The translations under genes were made by a program, and so were the position numbers. A stretch of 64,000 nt of DNA. It comes from an uncultured Ruficoccus sp. (GTDB lineage Bacteria > Verrucomicrobiota > Verrucomicrobiia > Opitutales > Cerasicoccaceae). The notes beneath the pieces are model-generated. The model searched no databases, was not told the DNA's origin, and was given only the letters and a program-made list of their open reading frames with translations. The stretch is from NCBI GenBank assembly GCA_965140785.1, contig OZ223519.1:128001-192000 (forward strand). Direction: 5' to 3'. How positions within the stretch are numbered: position 1 is the stretch's first letter; each line of letters starts with the position of its first letter. Positions 43,226 through 52,042 of this stretch are shown piece by piece.

Positions 43226-44227
43226 TTATTTCAAAAAAGCGACGAAAGCCAGAGCGACAGCGGCGGTGGGAATCCATAAGCCCAGGCCGAGGAGGGCGGG
43301 GGACCAGCCGACTTTGCGCAGGGCGGTGGGGCTGAGGCCCGCGCCGATGAGGAAGAGCGCGGCGCTCAGACCGTGGCGACCAGCAAGGGCGAACCAGTCG
43401 CCCACCGGAGCGAGCGCGGGGACGGCCCAGCGTAGCGCGGCCAGCGCGATGAAGCCGAGGATGAACCACGGAAAGGTGGCCTTGGCGGCCTTGCCGGAGG
43501 CGGCGTTGGCGGGCGATTCGTCGCGGGGCTGGCGGCTCTCCAGGTGGGCGAGGACGAACGCCACTGGTACGATCCACAGGGCGCGAGCGAGCTTGATCGT
43601 GGTGGCCAGGGTGAGCGCCTGCGGGCCGTAGGCCATGCCCGCCCCGACGACCGAGCTGGTGTCGTGGATGGCCAGCGCCGCCCACCAGCCGAAGGCCGGT
43701 TCGCTCAGGTGAAGCAGGTGCCCGATAAAGGGAAACAGAACGAGCGCTACGGCGTTGAGGACAAAGACGATTCCGAGCGCGGCAGCGGTCTCGTGCTGGC
43801 GGGGGCGGAGCACCCCGGCCACAGCGGCGATGGCGCTGCCCCCGCAGATGGCCGTTCCGGCGCTGATTAACAAGCGGGTGTGGCGCGGCACGCCGAGGAG
43901 ACGGCCAATGAGGTTCCCCAACAGCAGGATGCTGCTGATGCTGATCAGGGTGACGCCGAGACCGTCCAGCCCGGCGCGGGCCACAGCCGGCAGTTCGATC
44001 CCGGCCCCCAGCGCGATGACCGAGCCTTGCAGGAGCAGGTGGGCGCGCCGGTGCCAGCGCTCGGGCTCGGCATTGGCTCCGGCGAAGGCCGCCCCGACGC
44101 CCAGAGCCAGCGCCAAGGCCCCCGGCAGGCCGAATCCGGCGCAGGCCAGTGTGCCGACTGGCAGGAGCCAGGCTTTGAGTCGCAGGGGGGCCGGGGCCAC
44201 CGGGTCGCATTCAGCGTCTTTAAACAT
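43226..44227 (-). CDS. YeiH/UPF0324 putative sulfate exporter family membrane protein
   Basis: LISAGTAICGGSAIAAV, AIHDTSSVVGA, TTIKLARALW, PWFILGF. Confidence 0.9.
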   Translation of the reverse strand: MFKDAECDPVAPAPLRLKAWLLPVGTLACAGFGLPGALALALGVGAAFAGANAEPERWHRRAHLLLQGSVIALGAGIELPAVARAGLDGLGVTLISISSILLLGNLIGRLLGVPRHTRLLISAGTAICGGSAIAAVAGVLRPRQHETAAALGIVFVLNAVALVLFPFIGHLLHLSEPAFGWWAALAIHDTSSVVGAGMAYGPQALTLATTIKLARALWIVPVAFVLAHLESRQPRDESPANAASGKAAKATFPWFILGFIALAALRWAVPALAPVGDWFALAGRHGLSAALFLIGAGLSPTALRKVGWSPALLGLGLWIPTAAVALAFVAFLK

Positions 44228-44296
44228 GGGCGGAGTATATACGCTTGCCAGCGCGGTGAGGTAATCTTAGTTTTCGATGGATTATTTGAATTGCTT

Positions 44297-45247
44297 ATGA
44301 CAGCGAAGAATCCTTTTCCCCGTCTCGATCCCGAGTGGTTGGTCACGTTTTTGACCGTGGCCGAGCGCGGCGGCGTGCTGGCGGCCTCGCGGGCCATGCA
44401 CGTGTCCCAACCGGCGCTTTCTGCCCGGCTGCGGCGGCTGGAGGACGCGGTGGGGCAGGCCCTTTTCGACCGCTCGGCGCAGGGTATGACTTTGACCGAG
44501 GCGGGGCAGCGCCTGCTGCCGGTGGCGCGCAAGCTGCCCACCGTCCTGCGGGAGGCGATTGAGGCGGTTGACCCGGCGGCAGGAGCGCGGCTGGCCGGGC
44601 CGCTGCGCCTGTCGGCCAGCACGACGCTGGCGGATTTCGTCCTGCCACCCCTGCTGGCCGAGTATGCCCGTACCCGCGGCGTGCCGGGGTTGGAACTGCG
44701 CGTGGGCAATACCGATGAAGTTCTCGGTGCGGTGCGCAGTGGCCGCGTGGCAATGGGAGCGGTAGAGGGCCTGCGCCGGGTGGCCGGGCTGCACCTGGAG
44801 CCTTTCGCCAACGACGAGATCATTCCTGTCTATGCGCCGGACCGTCTGCCGCGTGAAACACTCAAGGCCCTCCAAAAAGCCAGGACGACCCGGGATCTGG
44901 CCCAACTCCCCCTGCTCTGGCGCGAACCGGGCTCGGGCACCCGGCGGGTGATCGAGGACGCTTTTAAGCGTCGCGGCGTGTCCGTCTCGGACCTGCGGAC
45001 GGATTTTGTCCTGGGCGGGACGCTGGCCCTGCGCGGCGCCGCCCTGGCGGGGCTGGGGATCGCCTTTCTGCCGCGCCGGACGATCGGTCAGGAACTGGCG
45101 CTCGGGCGTCTGGTCGCGGTAGAGAAGCCCGCCCTGCGCGTGCGGCGGACTTTTTCGTGGGTGCTGGCCTCAGGCGCATTGCCCGCCGAGCTGGAAGCCT
45201 TCCGCCGCTGGGCCAACGCCCGCATCCGCGAAGACGAGGCGCTGTAA
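44297..45247 (+). CDS. LysR-family regulator (YeiE/CysL-like), divergent from the YeiH gene
   Basis: HTH F..VAERGG...ASRAMHVSQPALSARLRRLE; ASTTLADFVLP, GNT, WREPGSGTR. Confidence 0.92.
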   Translation: MTAKNPFPRLDPEWLVTFLTVAERGGVLAASRAMHVSQPALSARLRRLEDAVGQALFDRSAQGMTLTEAGQRLLPVARKLPTVLREAIEAVDPAAGARLAGPLRLSASTTLADFVLPPLLAEYARTRGVPGLELRVGNTDEVLGAVRSGRVAMGAVEGLRRVAGLHLEPFANDEIIPVYAPDRLPRETLKALQKARTTRDLAQLPLLWREPGSGTRRVIEDAFKRRGVSVSDLRTDFVLGGTLALRGAALAGLGIAFLPRRTIGQELALGRLVAVEKPALRVRRTFSWVLASGALPAELEAFRRWANARIREDEAL

Positions 45248-45449
45248 GAGAGTGATTTTTTTAATGTTGTGGTGAAGGTCTGGCAGGACTCCGCAGCAGG
45301 TGGCCCCGCTGGCACCGAATGCTGGGGTAGCCGCCTTTCCGGCGGCGCAGAAGGCTGGCCCTTCCATGCTGCTTCGAGCGGTGTATGCTCCGTCTGGGGA
45401 GAAGACTCTACGCTTGCGTGATGGCGGACGGACCTCATGCTCGGCCTCC

Positions 45450-46655
45450 ATGAAGTGCTCGATTCTCCTGCCGCTCGTCTTCGTCCTCTTGTTTTCCTCG
45501 GTTGGTATCGCCGATGCCAAGCCGTCGACGGAGGCAAAGGTCCAGATCAACACGGTCGTGATCCCCTCGCGGAACCACACACGCATGCAGCCGGAAATCT
45601 TTTACGCCTTTCGCACGGCAGTGAAGGAATTCGCGCCGGACATGCAGATCACTTTTACGCTTTTCAATCCCTTCCAGGCCAAGTTCACCGGCAAGACGAA
45701 GGAGCAGCAGCAGGAACTCCTGGAACTGCTCGAAGCGAGTGTGCCGGAAGTTGTCGCGATCAAAAAGGGCGACCCCCAGACCGATCGCCTGCTGGACGAC
45801 ATTCACGCCTATATCCAGAAGAACCCGGACTCGGCTCTGGCCAAGACCTACGACGGCATTTACGCGTTCATGGAGCCCTACCAGTTTCTTATCATTGAAT
45901 CGAGCGACACCTATGGGGCGCACCCCATGTTTTACAAACCCGGTGTGACCGAGATTGAGACTCCGGATGGGGCGATTGACAAGGACATCATCGAGACCAT
46001 TTACGGCCTGTTCTTCATTGATGCGGCCTTCGCGCAGGACAAGCTCGTCTGGGGCACCTGCCATGGCTCGCAGATCGGCTATATCCACGCCGGCGGCCAC
46101 CTCGGGCGGCTTTTCGACTTCAAGGACGGCGGCCATGACGACGTGGAACTGAAAATTTCCAAGGACGCGGGCTGCCCGATCCCGGAAGAGATCTGGCGCA
46201 TCGGCAACCATCTCTACACGCAGGACAAGGGGTCGGACTACAAGGATTACATGATCGTGGCCTACGAGGTGCCCGAAGAGTTCGCCGAGGGCAAGGACAC
46301 CTCAGGCATGTACATCAACAAGGACTTCCAGCACTCCCTGGCGCTGGTCGAGCCGATCCCTTCGAGTATCGAAGTCATTTCCTATCATCCGCTTTCTAAT
46401 TACGCTGAAAAGATCAAGCAGGGCAAGGCCGAGGCCAGCGAACACTTTTCGGACGTGCTCAAGGACCAGGAGATCGTCGATGCCTACAAGTACCGGAACA
46501 TGGTCGGCACGCAGTACCATCCGCAGTACACCTATGACGATCTGGATACCTTCATCGTCTTCGAGTACATGGTGGATAAGCTCCACGACAAGTACGCCCC
46601 CGAGCCGCCTGTCCGTCTCCCGGCCGGTCCGCCCTCCCAGACGGTGGGGCATTGA
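45450..46655 (+). CDS. exported class I glutamine-amidotransferase-like / peptidase C26 family hydrolase
   Basis: Signal peptide MKCSILLPLVFVLLFSSVGIADA; WGTCHGSQ nucleophile elbow; GTQYHPQ. Confidence 0.75.
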   Translation: MKCSILLPLVFVLLFSSVGIADAKPSTEAKVQINTVVIPSRNHTRMQPEIFYAFRTAVKEFAPDMQITFTLFNPFQAKFTGKTKEQQQELLELLEASVPEVVAIKKGDPQTDRLLDDIHAYIQKNPDSALAKTYDGIYAFMEPYQFLIIESSDTYGAHPMFYKPGVTEIETPDGAIDKDIIETIYGLFFIDAAFAQDKLVWGTCHGSQIGYIHAGGHLGRLFDFKDGGHDDVELKISKDAGCPIPEEIWRIGNHLYTQDKGSDYKDYMIVAYEVPEEFAEGKDTSGMYINKDFQHSLALVEPIPSSIEVISYHPLSNYAEKIKQGKAEASEHFSDVLKDQEIVDAYKYRNMVGTQYHPQYTYDDLDTFIVFEYMVDKLHDKYAPEPPVRLPAGPPSQTVGH

Positions 46656-46680
46656 GCCAAGAACCCTGTCATCCGCGCTA

Positions 46681-46842
46681 GGCAGTGTACGCAAACCTCG
46701 GAACGAACAGCCAAAGTGGATTTTGGGGGTTGAGTTTTGGGCTCCGAGGCGAGGCAATTTTGAGAATTGTCGAGCTGAGGAAACGAAATTAAGACCTAAG
46801 CAGACACGAGGATGTGACCTGAGCAGGTTTGCGTACACCGCC
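46681..46842. mobile_element. 162-bp MITE with IS-type terminal inverted repeats
   Basis: GGCAGTGTACGCAAACCT ... AGGTTTGCGTACACCGCC (17/18 match), flanked by TA on both sides. Confidence 0.85.
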
Positions 46843-47017
46843 TAATGTGCTGAGAATGCGGGATTAAAAACACGACCACTTTGGGGAAGATTTCCGCGAA
46901 TGGCGGGACATACGGTCAGAGTACACGAATTTTTCCTGCGCAATCGTCAAAGCGAGGGGGAGGTGCGCAGCACCATAGGGGCATCGCCCCTCAATCGAAT
47001 CAAACGCCGAGCGTTTG

Positions 47018-47109
<92 letters not shown>

Positions 47110-47307
47110 TTTGAAGAAACGGGGAGTACGTCACTGAGGGGTGGGGGAGTCAACCCCAAAGCGTGTAATTTGGCGAACTTGAGCACATGCACTTGTTCAG
47201 AGCATAAAAATGGCTTATGATCGGCTCGTGTCTTGCTCAACATGCACAAATTTTCTAATTAGGTTTGATTCCCGGGGGAGTGCCCCCTAGGCAAGGAAGG
47301 GTTTTTT

Positions 47308-47859
47308 ATGAGTTCTGAGGCTTCATACGGCTATAACAGCAAGGTAGAGGGGGAAGTCATCGTATCGAAGCTCGATGCGGTGATTAATTGGATACGCGCG
47401 CACTCGGTTTGGCCGATGCCCATGGGGCTGGCCTGTTGCGCCATCGAGTTGATGGCCTCCGGCGGGTCGCGCTTTGACATCAGCCGCTTCGGCATGGAGG
47501 TGATGCGTTTTTCGCCGCGCCAGGCCGACTGCATGATTGTGGCCGGGACCGTCACCTATAAGATGGCCGAGGTCGTGCGCCGCATTTACGACCAGATGGC
47601 CGAGCCCAAGTGGGTCGTGGCCATGGGCGCGTGCGCCTCTACCGGCGGGATGTACCGCTCCTACGCTGTGCTTCAGGGAGTGGACCGGATTGTCCCGGTC
47701 GATGTTTATATCAGTGGTTGCCCCCCGCGTCCGGAAACCTTGCTTGACGGCCTCATGAAGTTGCAGGACAAAATCTCTCACGAGCGTTCGGTTTCCAATC
47801 TGCTCAAAAGCGACATGCACGCGGCTCCTCAGGCCGTTGCACCCACGGCTGCCCACTGA
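47308..47859 (+). CDS. nuoB: NADH-quinone oxidoreductase subunit B
   Basis: [33 protein letters not shown]. Confidence 0.97.
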   Translation: MSSEASYGYNSKVEGEVIVSKLDAVINWIRAHSVWPMPMGLACCAIELMASGGSRFDISRFGMEVMRFSPRQADCMIVAGTVTYKMAEVVRRIYDQMAEPKWVVAMGACASTGGMYRSYAVLQGVDRIVPVDVYISGCPPRPETLLDGLMKLQDKISHERSVSNLLKSDMHAAPQAVAPTAAH

Positions 47860-48482
47860 TGACGCAAGACACATTGCTTCAAGACCTGCTCAAGCGCTTC
47901 GACTACGTGACGGAGCGTCCGAGCTCGGACGACCCGGCGATCAACGTCCCGGCTGACAAGCTGGTCGAAACCTGCCGCATCCTGCGGGACGAAATGCACT
48001 TCGACCTGCTGACCGACTCCACCGGCATTGACTGGGGCGAGGAGGCGAGCCCGCGTTTCAGTGCCATCGCCCACCTCTTTTCCACCCGGGACAAGCTTTA
48101 CGTGCGTGTCGTGGCCGACTGCGTCGGCGACGAGAACCCCGAGGTCCCCAGCCTGGCCGGCCTCTACGGCATCGCCAACTGGATGGAGCGCGAGACTTTT
48201 GACATGTTCGGTATCCGCTTCACCGGCCACCCGGACCTGCGCCGCATCCTCATGTGGGACAGCTACCCGTACCACCCGCTGCGCAAGGAGTTCCCCCTGG
48301 CCGGGATCGAAACCGAACTGCCCGCCGCCGACGTGGCCGAGGCCACCCAGGCCAAGGTGCTCGCCGCGCCCATGATGGGCGGCCCCTTCCACGCGCCGCA
48401 GAGCGGGGAGATGTCCGACCGCGAGCCGCGGGCCGCTGACCAGAGCTGGAACGAAAAGAAGGAGAAGCCCTCCGGGAACTGA
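47859..48482 (+). CDS. nuoC: NADH-quinone oxidoreductase subunit C
   Basis: ANWMERETFDMFGIRFTGHPDLRRIL...HPLRKEFP. Confidence 0.96.
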   Translation: MTQDTLLQDLLKRFDYVTERPSSDDPAINVPADKLVETCRILRDEMHFDLLTDSTGIDWGEEASPRFSAIAHLFSTRDKLYVRVVADCVGDENPEVPSLAGLYGIANWMERETFDMFGIRFTGHPDLRRILMWDSYPYHPLRKEFPLAGIETELPAADVAEATQAKVLAAPMMGGPFHAPQSGEMSDREPRAADQSWNEKKEKPSGN

Positions 48483-48487
48483 CGACC

Positions 48488-49726
48488 ATGCCGACTACCA
48501 AAGATATTTCCGTGGGCGACGCCGCCCGTCGTGCCGCCGCTCACGAAGAAGAGCTTCAGGGCGAGACCATGACCCTGAACATGGGCCCCTCGCACCCGGC
48601 CACGCACGGGGTGCTCCGGCTCAAGCTCGAACTGGACGGGGACTACATTTTATCGTGCGACCCGGTCATCGGGTACCTGCACCGCGGGGACGAGAAGATC
48701 GCCGAGAACATGACCTACAACCAGTTCGTGCCCTACACGGACCGGCTGGACTACCTCGCCCCCCTGGCCAACAACGTCTGCTACGCCATGGCGGTGGAGA
48801 AACTGGCCGACCTGCAGGTGCCGCCGCGCTGCGAGACGATCCGTCTCATCTGCTGTGAGTTGGCCCGCCTCTCGTCCCACCTGCTTGGGGTGGGGGTTTA
48901 CGGGATGGACTGTGGGGCCATGACCATTTTCCTCTACACCTTTACCCAGCGCGAAAAACTCTACACGCTCTTCGAGGAGCTGACCGGAGCGCGCTTCACC
49001 ACCAGCTACACCCGCATCGGCGGGCTCGCCCGGGACATCCCCGAGGGCTGGCTGGGCCGCGTCAACGACTTCCTCAACCAGCTCGGACCGGCCATCGACG
49101 AGGTCGATAACCTCCTCACGCGCAACAAGATCTTCCTCGACCGCACGAAGGACGTGGGCGTCATCTCCAAGGAGGACGCCATCAGCTACGGCTTTACCGG
49201 GCCGAACCTGCGCGCCTCCGGGGTGGACGTGGACCTGCGCCGCGACCGCCCGTACATGGGCTACGAGAACTACGAGTTCGAGACGCCGATCGGCTCGGTC
49301 GGCGACTGCTACGACCGCTATCTGGTACGCCTGTGGGAGATGCGCGAGAGCATCAAGATCGTCCGTCAGGCCATCGACAAGATGCCCGACGGCCCCTGGT
49401 ACGCCGAGGACGCGAAGAAGATTTTCAAACCCATGAAGGACAAGGTGCTCACCAGCATGGAGGAGCTGATCCAGAACTTCATGATCGTGACCGAGGGGCC
49501 GCAGATTCCTCCGGGCGAGGTGTACTTCGAGGCCGAAAACCCGAAGGGCGTGCTCGGATTCTTTGTTCATTCCAAGGGGGGCGGGGTCCCCTTCCGCCTG
49601 CGTATCCGCGGGGCGAGCTTCTGCTCGCTGAGCATCCTTCCCAAACTCCTGCCCGGCATGATGATGTCGGACATCCCCATTGTGCTCGGCTCGTTCGACT
49701 TCGTCATGGGCGAGTGCGACCGCTAA
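48488..49726 (+). CDS. nuoD: NADH-quinone oxidoreductase subunit D
   Basis: LNMGPSHPATHGVLRL, GYLHRG.EK, DRLDY, GDCYDRY, GECDR. Confidence 0.97.
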   Translation: MPTTKDISVGDAARRAAAHEEELQGETMTLNMGPSHPATHGVLRLKLELDGDYILSCDPVIGYLHRGDEKIAENMTYNQFVPYTDRLDYLAPLANNVCYAMAVEKLADLQVPPRCETIRLICCELARLSSHLLGVGVYGMDCGAMTIFLYTFTQREKLYTLFEELTGARFTTSYTRIGGLARDIPEGWLGRVNDFLNQLGPAIDEVDNLLTRNKIFLDRTKDVGVISKEDAISYGFTGPNLRASGVDVDLRRDRPYMGYENYEFETPIGSVGDCYDRYLVRLWEMRESIKIVRQAIDKMPDGPWYAEDAKKIFKPMKDKVLTSMEELIQNFMIVTEGPQIPPGEVYFEAENPKGVLGFFVHSKGGGVPFRLRIRGASFCSLSILPKLLPGMMMSDIPIVLGSFDFVMGECDR

Positions 49727-49743
49727 CTGATTTGCTATCTATC

Positions 49744-50283
49744 ATGGACCTGGCTCCTGAAACACTGCAAAAGATTGAATCGCTCTTTCCGAAGTACCCG
49801 GACAAGCGCAGCCTGACGCTGCCCTTGTGCCACCTGGTCCAGGAAGACCAGGGCTACCTCTCGGACGAGGCCATGAAATGGATCGCGGCCAAGCTCGACC
49901 TCGAGCCCATGAAGGTGCTGGAGGTGGTGAGCTTCTACCCGATGTTCCGCCGCAAGCCCATCGGCAAGGTCCACGTAAAGGTGTGCCGCACGCTCTCGTG
50001 CGCGCTCAACGGCGCCTATAAGACCTGCGAAAAGCTCGAAGAGGCGCTCGACTGCGCCCGCGGCGGCACCTCCGAGAACGGCAACTACACGATCGAGTTC
50101 GTCGAGTGCATCGCCGACTGCGGCAAGGGCCCCGTCGTCCAGGTCGATGACCGCCTTTATGAGAACTGCGGGCCCGACCAGATCGAGGACCTGATCGCCC
50201 GGATCAAGGAAGCCGCCGCCGACGGTGCCGAACCCGCCAACCACAGCGCCCCCGAGCCGGGCACGCCCGCCTACAAAGGCTGA
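49744..50283 (+). CDS. nuoE: NADH-quinone oxidoreductase subunit E
   Basis: VSFYPMF, VCRTLSC...ECIADCGKGP 2Fe-2S motif. Confidence 0.95.
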   Translation: MDLAPETLQKIESLFPKYPDKRSLTLPLCHLVQEDQGYLSDEAMKWIAAKLDLEPMKVLEVVSFYPMFRRKPIGKVHVKVCRTLSCALNGAYKTCEKLEEALDCARGGTSENGNYTIEFVECIADCGKGPVVQVDDRLYENCGPDQIEDLIARIKEAAADGAEPANHSAPEPGTPAYKG

Positions 50284-50291
50284 CGCCAACC

Positions 50292-50456
50292 AAGTTTGAG
50301 AGTTTCATGTTTGAGAGTTTGAAAGTTCAGCAACGCGTTCAGTCCCGCCTCGGGGCTGGGGATCGTGTGTCTGCCTTTCAATTCTCTAACCGCGCCCCGG
50401 CCAAGGTCGCCGTGTTCCCAACTCTCAAACTCTCAAACTCTCAAACTTTCAAACTT
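50292..50456. repeat. GTTTGAGA-type tandem-unit inverted repeat element inside the nuo operon
   Basis: AAGTTTGAGAGTTTCATGTTTGAGAGTTTGAAAGTT ... AACTCTCAAACTCTCAAACTCTCAAACTTTCAAACTT. Confidence 0.85.
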
Positions 50457-50470
50457 CTCTAGATATTGTA

Positions 50471-51832
50471 ATGGCCATTCAGGAACGCCGAATTATTTAC
50501 AAGCACGTCGATGAGGACGGCTACACGGCCGACATCGACTGCTATCTGCGTCACGGCGGCTATGAGGTGCTCAAGCAAGCGCTCCAGGCCAAGCCCGAGG
50601 ACCTGTGCAAGGAAGTCTTTGACTCGGGCCTGACCGGGCGGGGTGGGGCAGGGTTCCCCACCGGCATGAAGTGGAAGTTCCTCGACCGCAAGTCGGGCAA
50701 GCCCATTTACCTCGTTTGCAACGCCGACGAATCCGAGCCGGGCACCTTCAAGGACCGCCAGATCATTTATCAGGACCCGCACCAGTTGATCGAGGGCATG
50801 ATGATCTCGGCCTTCGCCACGCAGTGCAAACAGGCCTTCATCTACATCCGCGGCGAGTTCATCAACGGCGCCCGCATCCTGGAGAACGCCATCGAGGAGG
50901 CCCGCGCCAAGGGCTTCGTGGGCGAGGACATCGGCGGCTCCGGCTACTCCTGCGACATCGTGGTCCACCGCGGCGCGGGGGCCTATATCTGCGGCGAGGA
51001 GACCGGCCTGATCGAGTCTCTCGAAGGCAAGCGTGGCTACCCGCGCATCAAGCCCCCGTATTTCCCCGCCGTTCTGGGCCTGTACCAGTGCCCGACCATC
51101 GTGAACAACGTGGAGACGATGGCCCAGGTCAGGCACGTCATCGACATGGGCGGCAGCGAGTTCGCCAAGATCGGGGTCAAGGGCGACACCGGCACGCATA
51201 TTTTCGGCGTCAGCGGCCACGTGCAAAAGCCCGGCTACTACGAGATCGAGGCCGGATCGGCCACCTTCGGCGAACTTTTATACGACCTGTGCGGCGGTCC
51301 GCTGCCGGGGCGCAAGTTCAAGGCGCTCATCCCCGGCGGTTCCTCGACCAAGATCCTTCGCTTCGGCGAACGCTTCACCGGCAAGCACCCCAACACGGGC
51401 GAGGAGTTTGACTGGGGCGTGGAGGACATCCCGCTGGACGCGGTCAGCCTGCGCTGCTGCGGCACCTTTCTGGGCACCGGCGGCGCCATCGTGATGGACG
51501 ATTCCACCGACATGATGGAGGCCCTGGCCAACCTGATGGCTTTCTACGGCCACGAGAGCTGCGGCCAGTGCACCCCCTGCCGCGAGGGCTCCCTCTGGCT
51601 CAACAAGATGACCACCCGCATGACCAGCGGCCACGCCCGTGTCGAGGATGTGGACCTGATCAGCAGCATTGCCAAACAGATCGAGGGACGCACCATTTGC
51701 GCCCACGGGGAGGCCGTCGCCTGGCCGGCCCAGAGCCACTACAACAAATTCAAGGACGAGTACCTCGACAAGATCTCCCGCCAGGGCGACGGTCGCGGAC
51801 GCTACAACCCGAACGGTTATCCGCTGATTTAA
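50471..51832 (+). CDS. nuoF: NADH-quinone oxidoreductase subunit F
   Basis: GRGGAGFPTG.KW, NADESEPGTFKDR, GAGAYICGEET, ESCGQCTPCREG. Confidence 0.97.
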   Translation: MAIQERRIIYKHVDEDGYTADIDCYLRHGGYEVLKQALQAKPEDLCKEVFDSGLTGRGGAGFPTGMKWKFLDRKSGKPIYLVCNADESEPGTFKDRQIIYQDPHQLIEGMMISAFATQCKQAFIYIRGEFINGARILENAIEEARAKGFVGEDIGGSGYSCDIVVHRGAGAYICGEETGLIESLEGKRGYPRIKPPYFPAVLGLYQCPTIVNNVETMAQVRHVIDMGGSEFAKIGVKGDTGTHIFGVSGHVQKPGYYEIEAGSATFGELLYDLCGGPLPGRKFKALIPGGSSTKILRFGERFTGKHPNTGEEFDWGVEDIPLDAVSLRCCGTFLGTGGAIVMDDSTDMMEALANLMAFYGHESCGQCTPCREGSLWLNKMTTRMTSGHARVEDVDLISSIAKQIEGRTICAHGEAVAWPAQSHYNKFKDEYLDKISRQGDGRGRYNPNGYPLI

Positions 51833-51835
51833 ACC

Positions 51836-52030
51836 ATGCAATTCATCCTGGCACAGGTCCCCGCAGGCATTTTCTTTCAGATTCTGAATGCGATTTTCAT
51901 CGCGGCCCTCGTAGCCATTCCGATTTTACTGATTAACTATTGCGCTAAATACATGAAGTCTTCTCTCCGCAACCAGCAGCAGATCATCCAGAAACTGGAC
52001 GAGATCAAAACTGCCTTGCACGAGAAGTGA
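51836..52030 (+). CDS. small single-TM protein inserted between nuoF and nuoG
   Basis: ATG 3 bp after the nuoF stop, stop 12 bp before nuoG; TM helix followed by a coiled-coil tail. Confidence 0.7.
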   Translation: MQFILAQVPAGIFFQILNAIFIAALVAIPILLINYCAKYMKSSLRNQQQIIQKLDEIKTALHEK

Positions 52031-52042
52031 TCCTTTTTTCCC

